A stretch of 64,000 nt of DNA from Saprospiraceae bacterium. Lineage in GTDB: Bacteria > Bacteroidota > Bacteroidia > Chitinophagales > Saprospiraceae. The translations under genes and the position numbers were made by a program. The notes under the pieces are model-generated. The model saw nothing but the letters and a program-made list of their open reading frames with translations, did no database searches and was not told where the DNA came from. Every line of letters starts with the position of its first letter. Position 1 is the stretch's first letter. The stretch spans positions 8,905-72,904 of the forward strand of contig JAEUUV010000242.1 of the NCBI GenBank assembly GCA_016787285.1, in the 5' to 3' direction. Positions 17,680 to 26,627 of the stretch are shown one piece after another.

Positions 17680-18828
17680 TTACTTGGTTGGTTCTTTCTT
17701 CGTGGTATCCTGATCTGCGGGTTGTGGTACTTCAACGGGATCAATGTCAAGCACTTTACCTTTGTTCGGATCATCGTCTTTCCCACGAATCTGGCTGACG
17801 TAATACGAGGGTTCATTTTTGTACCAGGCATCGAACTCCTCCTGAGAAACCACGCGCAGGATACGTTTCATGGAGTAGTGGCCTTTGCCGCAAAGTTCAG
17901 CACAGGCAAGTTCGTACTCGAACTTTTCCCAGCGTTTCGGGCCGGTCGGATCTGCCTTATCGTATGGTTCGTTGTACTCCGGGTATTTGCGCAATTCATT
18001 GCGGTACTCCGCCGTGGTTTTGATGGGCGTAAACACGAAATACGTCGGCATGCCCGGTACGGCGTCCATTTTTACGCGGAACTGCGGCAGGTAAAAGTTG
18101 TGCAACACGTCCTTTGCGATAATTCGCACGCGCACTTTTTTGCCTACAGGCAGGTACATTTCCTGACCGACAATCACATCGTCCCAGTTTTTGCGGTCGG
18201 TGAAGTCCTGGCCAACCTGGTTGTTCGCTGAGGTCAGTTTGTAATCCCGGGCGCCAAGTTTACCGTCCGATCCCGGGTAACGGATGATCCAGTTGAACTG
18301 CTGACCGATGGCTTCGATCTCGATGTAGTCTTCGTCGGAACCTACATCAGCCATCACTGTATTCCAGGCATCCAGGCCACGAACAACAAGGAAGGTCATC
18401 ACGACTGCCGGGACAGCTGTCCAGATCATTTCCAGGCGGTTGTCGTGTGCGATGAACTCAGCCTTGCGATTTTCGCGCCAGCGGTATTTATAGGCATACC
18501 AAAACAAGGCGATATGGGTAAGCACAAAAACAATCCCGGTAAAGATCAACGTGAGGTTGAACATGCTGTCCAGCGCGCCGCCGTGTTGCGAAGCCGCCGC
18601 ATGCGGGCCGTAGCCCAGCATTTCGTTCTTGTAGTGCCATGCTGAAACAAACACCGACACCAGGAAAACGACTAGAAATCCGAGCGAAATCCAGCCATTC
18701 CACTTGCTGCTGTCGCGCATCACTTCGCGTTCACCCTTGATCTGGGCGGTCAACTCGGTGACCCGGCCAATTTGCACCAGCACGATAGTGATTAGAATAA
18801 TACAGAGGACAATGATAAGCGCAGTCAT
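17680..18828 (-). CDS. ctaC: Cytochrome c oxidase subunit II (CuA, no fused cytochrome c)
   Basis: CuA motif HNFYLP...CAELCGKGHYSM. The tracked start at 18831 is GTG and an ATG lies at 18828. There is no CxxCH motif. Confidence 0.9.
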   Translation of the reverse strand: MTALIIVLCIILITIVLVQIGRVTELTAQIKGEREVMRDSSKWNGWISLGFLVVFLVSVFVSAWHYKNEMLGYGPHAAASQHGGALDSMFNLTLIFTGIVFVLTHIALFWYAYKYRWRENRKAEFIAHDNRLEMIWTAVPAVVMTFLVVRGLDAWNTVMADVGSDEDYIEIEAIGQQFNWIIRYPGSDGKLGARDYKLTSANNQVGQDFTDRKNWDDVIVGQEMYLPVGKKVRVRIIAKDVLHNFYLPQFRVKMDAVPGMPTYFVFTPIKTTAEYRNELRKYPEYNEPYDKADPTGPKRWEKFEYELACAELCGKGHYSMKRILRVVSQEEFDAWYKNEPSYYVSQIRGKDDDPNKGKVLDIDPVEVPQPADQDTTKKEPTK

Positions 18829-18922
18829 CACAAATATTTTTTCTGTAAACTCGATTGTATAAGGTTGGTTCGCGGGGGGTATTTGGAAAATCGCTGATTA
18901 AATCAACTCTAAATTACGAGAA

Positions 18923-20479
18923 TTAGTGGCCATGTCCGCCGTCACCTTCGCTCTCGATGTAGGCGCCGGTGGAGTGGTGCAGGCTTTCCTCCAGAAAGGG
19001 GTCTTTACGCGGCACTAATGGCGCACGCTCCAGTTGACGGAAGAAGAAGAACAGGAACAGGCTCAGGAAACCAACAAGTACGCCGAGTTCCTGAATGCCC
19101 GGAATGGTGAAACCTAATTTGAATCCGGTCAACGCATCATCGTGGTTATGTTCGGCACTGCCGCCGTGATCAGTATGATCCCCGTGGTCGCCTTGGGCGG
19201 TGTCTTCATGCCCCGTTTGTCCACCGACTGTAGCAGCAGCCGCTTCTTCAGCGTGGCCTTCTGTTGCAGCTGCAGCAGGTTCTTCGACAGGTGTTGTCTC
19301 GGCTGCAGCAGCCTCCTCGGTGGCAGCTGGTTGAGCGGCTTCAGGAGTACTCGGGACAGGCGCTGCTTCGCTATGCTTGTTATGTTTGCCTTCCGAAATT
19401 TCCTTCGACTCGTGCGCTGCAATACGCGCGCCCGGCTTGATCATGTAGAAAAAGTCCCACCAGTGCCCGAAGAAGACGATCAAACACGCGAAGAACATGG
19501 TACCTACCTTGCGTTTTGTGTCGTTCCGCATAAGCACGAGGAACGGCGTCACGAAGTTCAGCAGCAGGTTGCCCCAGAACAGTACCGGGTAGTTGTTCAT
19601 GCGTTCTTTGAAGTAAATCGTTTCTTCACCCACGTTCGCATACCAGATCAGCATAAACTGGTCGAACCAGAGGTAGGTCCAGAACACACTGATACCGAAC
19701 AGGTACTTGCCCAAATCGTGCAGGTGGTCCCGGGTTACATATTCGAGGTAGCCTTTTGATTGCAGATACAGAATCAGCATAATCATCAGGGACAAGCCGG
19801 CGAGTAGCACCGATATGGTGGTGTACCAGGCAAACATGGTGCTATACCAGTGCGGGTCAATGGACATCATCAATTCCCAGAAGAACACCGTACTCAAAAA
19901 ACCGCCGAGCGGCAGGAAGGTAGCCGCCCACTTGCGTTCACGCTTGTAATGATCGAAAGCAGCGGTTTCATGCTCATCCTGCTGGAGTGAATTCTGGCGC
20001 AGTTTGTACGCCCAGAAGTACCAGATAGCCAGAAAACCCACCGTGCCGATCGTGTAAAACATCGGGCTGAGGAAACCGGACTTGCCGGCAATGATTTCGT
20101 CGTACAAGGGACTTTCCGGATCGGTGATTCCCGGCACATTCCAGTGGTACAAGTGGTGCAGATGCCCCCAAACACCGGCTACGAGAGCCAGTATCAGCAC
20201 CAGGCCCACCAGCATGAACTGGCTCATGGCTTCCCAAATACGTTTGACCGCCACCATCCAGCCGGCAAATGCCGTGATCTGGGCACACATAAAAAACATG
20301 GCAGTGAATGCGATGCCCGTGAAAAACACGGAGTTGTGCAGGTAGTTGGTCCAGAATCGTGTGTGGTACTCATCGTCGCCGATGGCCGACCAGACGAGAC
20401 ACGCCACACCCAGCGCCATCCCGATCATCAGGTTGCGCTTCAGTTTGCCGTCAAATACAAATTGCGTATTCAGATTCAT
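18923..20479 (-). CDS. actF: Alternative complex III subunit ActF (NrfD-like membrane subunit)
   Basis: Polytopic membrane protein following actE. The tracked start at 20500 is GTG and an ATG lies at 20479. It carries an A/E/P/H-rich insert. Confidence 0.75.
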   Translation of the reverse strand: MNLNTQFVFDGKLKRNLMIGMALGVACLVWSAIGDDEYHTRFWTNYLHNSVFFTGIAFTAMFFMCAQITAFAGWMVAVKRIWEAMSQFMLVGLVLILALVAGVWGHLHHLYHWNVPGITDPESPLYDEIIAGKSGFLSPMFYTIGTVGFLAIWYFWAYKLRQNSLQQDEHETAAFDHYKRERKWAATFLPLGGFLSTVFFWELMMSIDPHWYSTMFAWYTTISVLLAGLSLMIMLILYLQSKGYLEYVTRDHLHDLGKYLFGISVFWTYLWFDQFMLIWYANVGEETIYFKERMNNYPVLFWGNLLLNFVTPFLVLMRNDTKRKVGTMFFACLIVFFGHWWDFFYMIKPGARIAAHESKEISEGKHNKHSEAAPVPSTPEAAQPAATEEAAAAETTPVEEPAAAATEGHAEEAAAATVGGQTGHEDTAQGDHGDHTDHGGSAEHNHDDALTGFKLGFTIPGIQELGVLVGFLSLFLFFFFRQLERAPLVPRKDPFLEESLHHSTGAYIESEGDGGHGH

Positions 20480-20546
20480 ATCGCAGAGCCGGTGCAGCAC
20501 CGGAAATTTTGATGTTCACGTTTGTTTTAATGTTGCGCTTCAGGGT

Positions 20547-21254
20547 TTACTTTTTGGCGCCTCCCTGAAGCGAACGGATGTAGTGGATCACCTGCCAGCG
20601 TTCTTCATAAGACAGCTTGTCGGCATAGCCGCCCATCACATTCAAGCCATACATCATGGCAAAATAGATACGTCCGTCTCCGGCAGCAACCAAATCAGCA
20701 TCGAGCAGGTTTTTGGGTTGCGCCGGATATTTAGTGTCGGGATTTGCTGCCAGCCATCCTTGACCATCGCCTTTTTCTCCATGGCAGATACCACAGTAAA
20801 TGTTATACAGGGGCTTGGCGCGATCCAGCCCCTCTTGCGTTTGCGGAAACGGGTTGGTGGGGATCTCTTTTTCACAGCGGATTCGGTCTTCCGGAGTGTT
20901 TTCGTAGTAAAACGGCACCTCCCCGTTCACCGGAGCAGCAATGGCATTGGCGGCGTTTTTGCCGCGAACCACATCAAGTGCTGTGGCATCGGTGTAGTGC
21001 ACACCGGTGTAGCCCCGTGCAATGGTACCGGCTACCTTGCCGCGTGGTTGCGACAAAGAAGCCTTCGGGAACGAACTCTCATCATCCCAGTGGTTCCACG
21101 AATAGTTGGTAAGCAGGTTGGCCTCATAGGACACCGCGTGGTACATATCCGGCATGTATTCGTGCCCGGTTTTGTTTTTGCCGGCCGGTGAACACACCGA
21201 AAAAAGCCAGGCAAACAAGGCAATTCCGATAATAGCGCCGATTGCGTATTTCAT
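20547..21254 (-). CDS. actE: Alternative complex III monohaem cytochrome c subunit ActE
   Basis: Single CGICHGEKG haem motif, an N-terminal membrane/lipid anchor, and its position in the act operon. Confidence 0.8.
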   Translation of the reverse strand: MKYAIGAIIGIALFAWLFSVCSPAGKNKTGHEYMPDMYHAVSYEANLLTNYSWNHWDDESSFPKASLSQPRGKVAGTIARGYTGVHYTDATALDVVRGKNAANAIAAPVNGEVPFYYENTPEDRIRCEKEIPTNPFPQTQEGLDRAKPLYNIYCGICHGEKGDGQGWLAANPDTKYPAQPKNLLDADLVAAGDGRIYFAMMYGLNVMGGYADKLSYEERWQVIHYIRSLQGGAKK

Positions 21255-21331
21255 ATCTTGATGTTATTCGTTGATCGTTGTTGGTGAATCGTTCTCCGGT
21301 TATTTATTCTCAAAAACCAACCGGGAACGGG

Positions 21332-21862
21332 TCATATCGTCTTCAGGTTCACCTCGGCGGCGCCGGTTTTTTTGAAAAATGCCTTGATGCCATCCACGCT
21401 TTTGTCATCCGTATCGGTCACATCAAAGGCAATGCAAAACTTGTCGTCGGTGATCCGGTTGTCCAGAATTTTGGCTTTCACGCCCGGCCACATGCCGCAG
21501 ATGGTGTAGAACGTAATCGTCATGCCCCAGGCCGCAAACAGCACCGTCATCTCGAACGTGATTGGGATGAAAGAGGGAACCGGCCAGTAGGGTTTACCGC
21601 CAAACAGAATCGGCCAGTCGCTGGCCAATGCCCAAGACATGAACCCGAAACCGAAGGACGCGCCGATTGCGCCGTAGATGAAGCCAAGGATGTGCAAGCG
21701 ACTTTCCGCAAGTCCCATAATGGGATCCAGCCCGTGTACCGGGAACGGCGTGAGCACATCCATCATGTCCAGATGATCGTGACGGGCCGTTTTCACCGCG
21801 CTCTTCAGATCCTCTTCATCGTTGTACAGCCCGTACAGGACTTTTTTACTTTCAGCAGCCAT
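21332..21862 (-). CDS. actD: Alternative complex III subunit ActD (DUF3341)
   Basis: About 176 aa with two TM helices, lying between actC and actE. Confidence 0.75.
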   Translation of the reverse strand: MAAESKKVLYGLYNDEEDLKSAVKTARHDHLDMMDVLTPFPVHGLDPIMGLAESRLHILGFIYGAIGASFGFGFMSWALASDWPILFGGKPYWPVPSFIPITFEMTVLFAAWGMTITFYTICGMWPGVKAKILDNRITDDKFCIAFDVTDTDDKSVDGIKAFFKKTGAAEVNLKTI

Positions 21863-21898
21863 GATATAGTTTTGAGTGACTGAGTGTTGAGTTTTGAG

Positions 21899-23323
21899 TT
21901 AGTGCTTTTCCTGTTTTTCGGCTTCATGAGCGGCATGTCCATGCGATTTTTTCGCATTGGGGCCGATAAACTGATCGCCGGCCACTTTCAGGATGGCTTT
22001 TACCTCGGCAATTGCCACCACGGGCGCTACACGGGTAAAGATCAGGAACAAAGTAAAGAACAAGCCGATGGTACCGGTGAAGAGCGAAATTTCCACCCAG
22101 GTCGGGCTATAGTAGCTCCAGGAGGAGGGCAAGTAATCGCGGGCAAGCGTGGTAGCGATAATCACAAAACGCTCGAACCACATCCCGATGTTCACTACGA
22201 TGGACAGGAAGAAGGTCCACCAGATGCTGCGACGGATTTTGCGCGACCAGAACAACTGCGGGCTGACTACGTTGCAGAACATCATCCCAAAGTACGACCA
22301 CCAGTACACGCCAAATACGCGGTTGTAGAAGGCAAACTGCTCGTAGATGTAGCCGGAGTACCAGGCGATGAACAATTCGGTGAGGTAAGCCACACCCACG
22401 ATGGTGCCGGTAAGCACGATCACCTTGTTCATCGAATCAATGTGGTTGATCGTGATGTACTCTTCCAGTTTCAATACTTTACGGGTGATCACCATCAGGG
22501 TTTGCACCATGGCGAAACCGGAGAAAATGGCCCCTGCAACGAAGTACGGCGGGAAAATAGTGGTGTGCCAACCCGGAATAACCGACGTGGCAAAGTCGAA
22601 CGACACGATCGTGTGCACTGAAAGTACGAGTGGCGTGGAAATACCTGCCAGAATCAGCGAAAGCGATTCCCAACGCTGCCAGTGTTTGGCGCTACCCGTC
22701 CAGCCGAACGAGAAGATTTCGTACATTTTTTTGCGGAAACCGGAAGCACGGTCGCGCACGGTAGCCAGGTCAGGCACCAAGCCGGTGTACCAGAACAGCA
22801 ACGATACCGAGAAGTAGGTAGAGATAGCAAATACGTCCCACAGCAGCGGCGAGTTGAAGTTGACCCACAGCGGGCCGCGCGTATTGGGGAACGGGAAAAT
22901 GAAAAACGCGAGCCAAAGGCGCCCCATGTGAATGAGCGGAAACTGCCCGGCGCACATCACGGCGAATATCGTCATAGCCTCGGCAGCGCGGTTTACACCG
23001 GTGCGCCAGCGTTGACGGAACAGCAGCAGAATGGCCGAAATCAGCGTACCGGCGTGACCGATACCGATCCACCACACGAAGTTGGTGATGTCCCAAGCCC
23101 AGTTGATGGTTCGGTTGGCGCCCCATTCGCCGATACCTTTCCAGATCGTCCAGGTGACGGCAAAAATATAAAGGCCGAGAAATGCCGCCGATAACGAAAA
23201 GGCGAGAATCCACTCCCTCGACGGTGCTTTTTCGGTGGGCACGCACAAATCCTCCGAGATGTTGTGGTAGGACTTGTTGCCCTCGATGAGTACATGCCTG
23301 ACAGGTGATACAGGTTGAGACAT
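21899..23323 (-). CDS. actC: Alternative complex III quinol-binding membrane subunit ActC (NrfD/PsrC family)
   Basis: 474-aa polytopic membrane protein directly downstream of actB. Confidence 0.85.
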   Translation of the reverse strand: MSQPVSPVRHVLIEGNKSYHNISEDLCVPTEKAPSREWILAFSLSAAFLGLYIFAVTWTIWKGIGEWGANRTINWAWDITNFVWWIGIGHAGTLISAILLLFRQRWRTGVNRAAEAMTIFAVMCAGQFPLIHMGRLWLAFFIFPFPNTRGPLWVNFNSPLLWDVFAISTYFSVSLLFWYTGLVPDLATVRDRASGFRKKMYEIFSFGWTGSAKHWQRWESLSLILAGISTPLVLSVHTIVSFDFATSVIPGWHTTIFPPYFVAGAIFSGFAMVQTLMVITRKVLKLEEYITINHIDSMNKVIVLTGTIVGVAYLTELFIAWYSGYIYEQFAFYNRVFGVYWWSYFGMMFCNVVSPQLFWSRKIRRSIWWTFFLSIVVNIGMWFERFVIIATTLARDYLPSSWSYYSPTWVEISLFTGTIGLFFTLFLIFTRVAPVVAIAEVKAILKVAGDQFIGPNAKKSHGHAAHEAEKQEKH

Positions 23324-23350
23324 ATTCTTGATCGTTAAAAAAGGTTGGAG

Positions 23351-23414
23351 GGTTTGAAGGTTTCCGGTTTGAAGGTTAGAAACCAGAAACCATCAAACCA
23401 GAAGCCTTCAAACC
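23351..23414. repeat. Imperfect hairpin built from GGTTTGAAGG / GGTTTCTGGTT words, between actB and actC
   Basis: Left arm 23351-23377 (GT-rich) and right arm 23388-23414 (AC-rich) match at 24 of 27 positions. Confidence 0.8.
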
Positions 23415-26400
23415 TTAAGAGTTGTAAATTTTAGCCGAGTATTTGACGCCTGGACGGACGTTGATTTCTTCCAGAACCTGATAAGCCAGATCACCAACGC
23501 CTTCAGCGGCTTTGACAACAGCGCTTTCCGGGTTGTTCAGGTTGCCGAACACAATGGCGCCGGTCGGGCAGGCCGTCTGACAAGCCGAGCGCACATCGTT
23601 GTCGAGTACCGCGCGGTTTTCGCGTTTGGCGGTCAGTTTGCCTTCCTGAATACGCTGGATGCAGAATGAGCATTTTTCGATCACACCACGGCTGCGAACG
23701 GTCACGTCCGGGTTGAGTACCATGCGCACAAGGTTGTCGGCGTAGAACGGAATATCGTCGCCGTCCACGCGGAACAGGCGCTCTTCGTTGGCAGGCCAAA
23801 TATCGGCAGTGGTATAGTCGAGCCAGTTGAAGCGGCGGACTTTGTACGGGCAGTTGTTGGCGCAGTAGCGTGTACCGATGCAGCGGTTGTACGCCATCTG
23901 GTTGATGCCTTCCATTGAGTGGTTGGTGGCGTTCACCGGGCACACGTTTTCGCATGGAGCGTTGTCGCAGTGCTGGCACATCATCGGTTGATACACCACT
24001 TTCGGGTTTTCCAGATCGCCGTAGAAATAGCGGTCAATCCGCAACCAGGTCATTTCGTGGTGGCGTGCCACTTCGTTTTTACCGACAACGGGTACGTTAT
24101 TTTCGCTCACGCAGGCTACCTGGCAGGCGCCGCAGCCAATGCACGAGTTGAGGTCAATGTACATGCCCCACTTCACGCCTGTTCCGAAGTAGTCGGCCTG
24201 GTCAGGGTAAAGTGTTTGCTGGTTGAGGTGATCCGCTTCGTGGTGGAACTCAGCCAGTTTTTCCGCCAACTTGGGCAGTTCTTTCAGGTTTGCCTGGAAA
24301 ATGACGGAGCGGTCGGTCAGCGAACCCTGATATGCCAGTACTTGCTCGTCGGCGTTGATCGTGTTGCCGGATTTTTCGTCTTTGGCAGCAAGTCCCATTG
24401 TGTGGTGGTGCTGCACGCAGGCGAAATGTTTGTCCACACCGACCTTTTCCGACACTTTGGCATCTTTAGCAAAATACTGAATCATGCCGCCGTCCATCGG
24501 GAGCCAAGGGTTGACGTTTACGCCGTAGCCCACGCCACAGCCACCTGTTTCGCGTCCACCACCAAGGGCAATGGCCACAGTACCAGGCGTTTGGCCAAAG
24601 GTGCGCACGACCGTGCAAGTCAGTTTTTTACCGCCCACCTCAACTTCGACATTGTCACCGTCGTTGAGGCCCATCCAGCCATTCATTTTGGTGTTGCCGT
24701 CCCATTCCACAGGGATGCTCAGGTAGTTGCCCCAAACGGTGCGATTCACCGGGTCGGGCATTTCCTGCAGCCAGGGGTTGTGGGCGTATTGGCCGTTGCC
24801 GATGTTGACGGTTTCGTAAAACGAAATTTCCACAGCGCCGGAACCGGGTTGGGACACGCCGGAGGCGTTAAGCGCCGCGCCGCTGTTGAACGACACCGCA
24901 CGCGGAGCAGGGGCGGCCTCAAACACCCCGTCGTGCAGGCTCATGTCCCAGAAAGCCGCGCCCGTGCTGTATTTGCTTTGCTTGGCTTTCAGGTCGGTGG
25001 CCCAGTGCGACTTCAGGTACTGGTAGTACGGCTGATCGTCCTGACGATTCAGGTTGGCACTTTCGGCCCATTCCAGCAACGAATGCTCGGCCTGGCGGGT
25101 ATCGAAAAGCGGCGCGATCGTCGGCTGAATCAGGCTGTAATGCCCGGTCTTCGGCTCGGCATCGCCCCAGGATTCCAACTGGTGGTGGGCCGGAGCGGCG
25201 TGCGAGCAAAGCGCCGTCGTTTCGTCCATGACACCGGAAAAGGAAATACGCGTATTGACTTTGGCAAAGGCGGCTTTGAACTGGTCGGCATTCGGCAGTT
25301 CATAAGCCGGGTTGGCGCCCCACACGATGGCAAGGGCAACCTGACCGGCATTCATTTCGCCGATCAGACGAGCCATGTCGCGTTCGTCGCCCTGACGCAG
25401 GTTGTTCAGCACGCTGAAATCAATGGTGCTGTTGATATTTCCGAGCAGGTCGTTGATCTTGTTCACGATCATCTGCTCCATGACATTGTTGGAACCACAC
25501 ACCACGAGCGATTTGCCGCGGGCGGCCACCAGATCGGAAGCCGCTTTTTTCAGCGATGCCTTGGCCTTGTCGTTCAGTGCCGGGCCGCCGATTCCGGCAC
25601 CGCCGGTGAGTGCAGCCACTTCGTTGTACAGTGCACAGATGGCGGCGCCCATTTCGCTGGGTTTGATCTGGACGCGGGTATCGGCATTGGAACCGGTCAG
25701 GCTGACATGGCTTTCCACCTGGTAGTGGCGCGACATGGAGGCGTTGTTGACCGATTTGATTTTGCGTTTCGACGCGTAGTCGCGGGCAAACTCCACCGGA
25801 CTGATCCAGGTGCCGAGAAAATCGGCGCCGAAGGAGAGCACCACGTCGGCTGCGCCGAATTTGTAGGAAGGAATACCGCGAACGCCGAAGCAGGCTTCGT
25901 TTGCAGCAAGCAGTGCGGCGCTGGAAACGGGGTCGTAGGTTACGACACGGGTGTTCGGGTATTTGGCCGTGAACTCCGCCAGCGCCTTTTTGGCTGTCGG
26001 GCTGATGTTGGTATTGGAAATGATGCGGATGTTGCCGCCGAGTTGTAGCTGGCCTTTGACTTTGTTGTCGAGGTCCGACCAACTCAGTTTTTTAACAGAG
26101 CCGTTTTCAACCGTGCCTGCACTTGAGATGCGGCGCGTGTCGTACAGGCTCAGCACCAGAGCCTGCGCGCGGGCGCTCGTACCTCCGGAGGTCACGCTGC
26201 TCAGGCTGTTGCCTTCGATCTTGATCGGGCGGCCTTCGCGGGTTTTTACCAGAACAGAGCAGTAGTCGCCGCCGTTGACAAACGAAGAGGCAAAATAGTT
26301 GGCCACACCCGGGACGATAGCATCCGGCTTGGTGACAAACGGAATGGCGCGTTTGACCGGGATTTCGCAGGAGGCAGCCAGTGTGGCGGCACCCAAACCA

Positions 26401-26558
26401 AAGCCCATCAATTTGAGAAAATCACGGCGGGAAGCCGCCCACTGACCGTCTGTTTCGGTCATGTTCTCCACGGAAAATTCTTTTTCAGCCGACTGAAGGA
26501 ACGATTGTTCCCGGTTCAAATCTTCGGTGCTGACCCAAATACCGTTGTCGTGGTGCAT
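23415..26558 (-). CDS. actB: Alternative complex III subunit ActB (molybdopterin-like domain plus 4Fe-4S ferredoxin domain)
   Basis: The ATG at 26558 is followed by the Tat motif SRRDFLKLMGFGLGAA. Cys clusters present: CIGCGACQVAC, CQHCDNAPCENVCP, CIGTRYCANNCP and CQTACPTGA. Confidence 0.9.
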   Translation of the reverse strand: MHHDNGIWVSTEDLNREQSFLQSAEKEFSVENMTETDGQWAASRRDFLKLMGFGLGAATLAASCEIPVKRAIPFVTKPDAIVPGVANYFASSFVNGGDYCSVLVKTREGRPIKIEGNSLSSVTSGGTSARAQALVLSLYDTRRISSAGTVENGSVKKLSWSDLDNKVKGQLQLGGNIRIISNTNISPTAKKALAEFTAKYPNTRVVTYDPVSSAALLAANEACFGVRGIPSYKFGAADVVLSFGADFLGTWISPVEFARDYASKRKIKSVNNASMSRHYQVESHVSLTGSNADTRVQIKPSEMGAAICALYNEVAALTGGAGIGGPALNDKAKASLKKAASDLVAARGKSLVVCGSNNVMEQMIVNKINDLLGNINSTIDFSVLNNLRQGDERDMARLIGEMNAGQVALAIVWGANPAYELPNADQFKAAFAKVNTRISFSGVMDETTALCSHAAPAHHQLESWGDAEPKTGHYSLIQPTIAPLFDTRQAEHSLLEWAESANLNRQDDQPYYQYLKSHWATDLKAKQSKYSTGAAFWDMSLHDGVFEAAPAPRAVSFNSGAALNASGVSQPGSGAVEISFYETVNIGNGQYAHNPWLQEMPDPVNRTVWGNYLSIPVEWDGNTKMNGWMGLNDGDNVEVEVGGKKLTCTVVRTFGQTPGTVAIALGGGRETGGCGVGYGVNVNPWLPMDGGMIQYFAKDAKVSEKVGVDKHFACVQHHHTMGLAAKDEKSGNTINADEQVLAYQGSLTDRSVIFQANLKELPKLAEKLAEFHHEADHLNQQTLYPDQADYFGTGVKWGMYIDLNSCIGCGACQVACVSENNVPVVGKNEVARHHEMTWLRIDRYFYGDLENPKVVYQPMMCQHCDNAPCENVCPVNATNHSMEGINQMAYNRCIGTRYCANNCPYKVRRFNWLDYTTADIWPANEERLFRVDGDDIPFYADNLVRMVLNPDVTVRSRGVIEKCSFCIQRIQEGKLTAKRENRAVLDNDVRSACQTACPTGAIVFGNLNNPESAVVKAAEGVGDLAYQVLEEINVRPGVKYSAKIYNS

Positions 26559-26627
26559 ATCTGTCGTAAAAAATGATTGAGTGGTTGATCGTTTATGCCG
26601 GCGAATAAACCGACACAAGAACTTGGT

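Noticed and set aside
23919-26048. 709-aa ORF on the plus strand
   Set aside because: It is entirely antisense to actB, which has unmistakable Tat and Fe-S motifs. Its sequence is Arg/Gly/Val-rich, typical of a mirror frame of a GC-rich gene.
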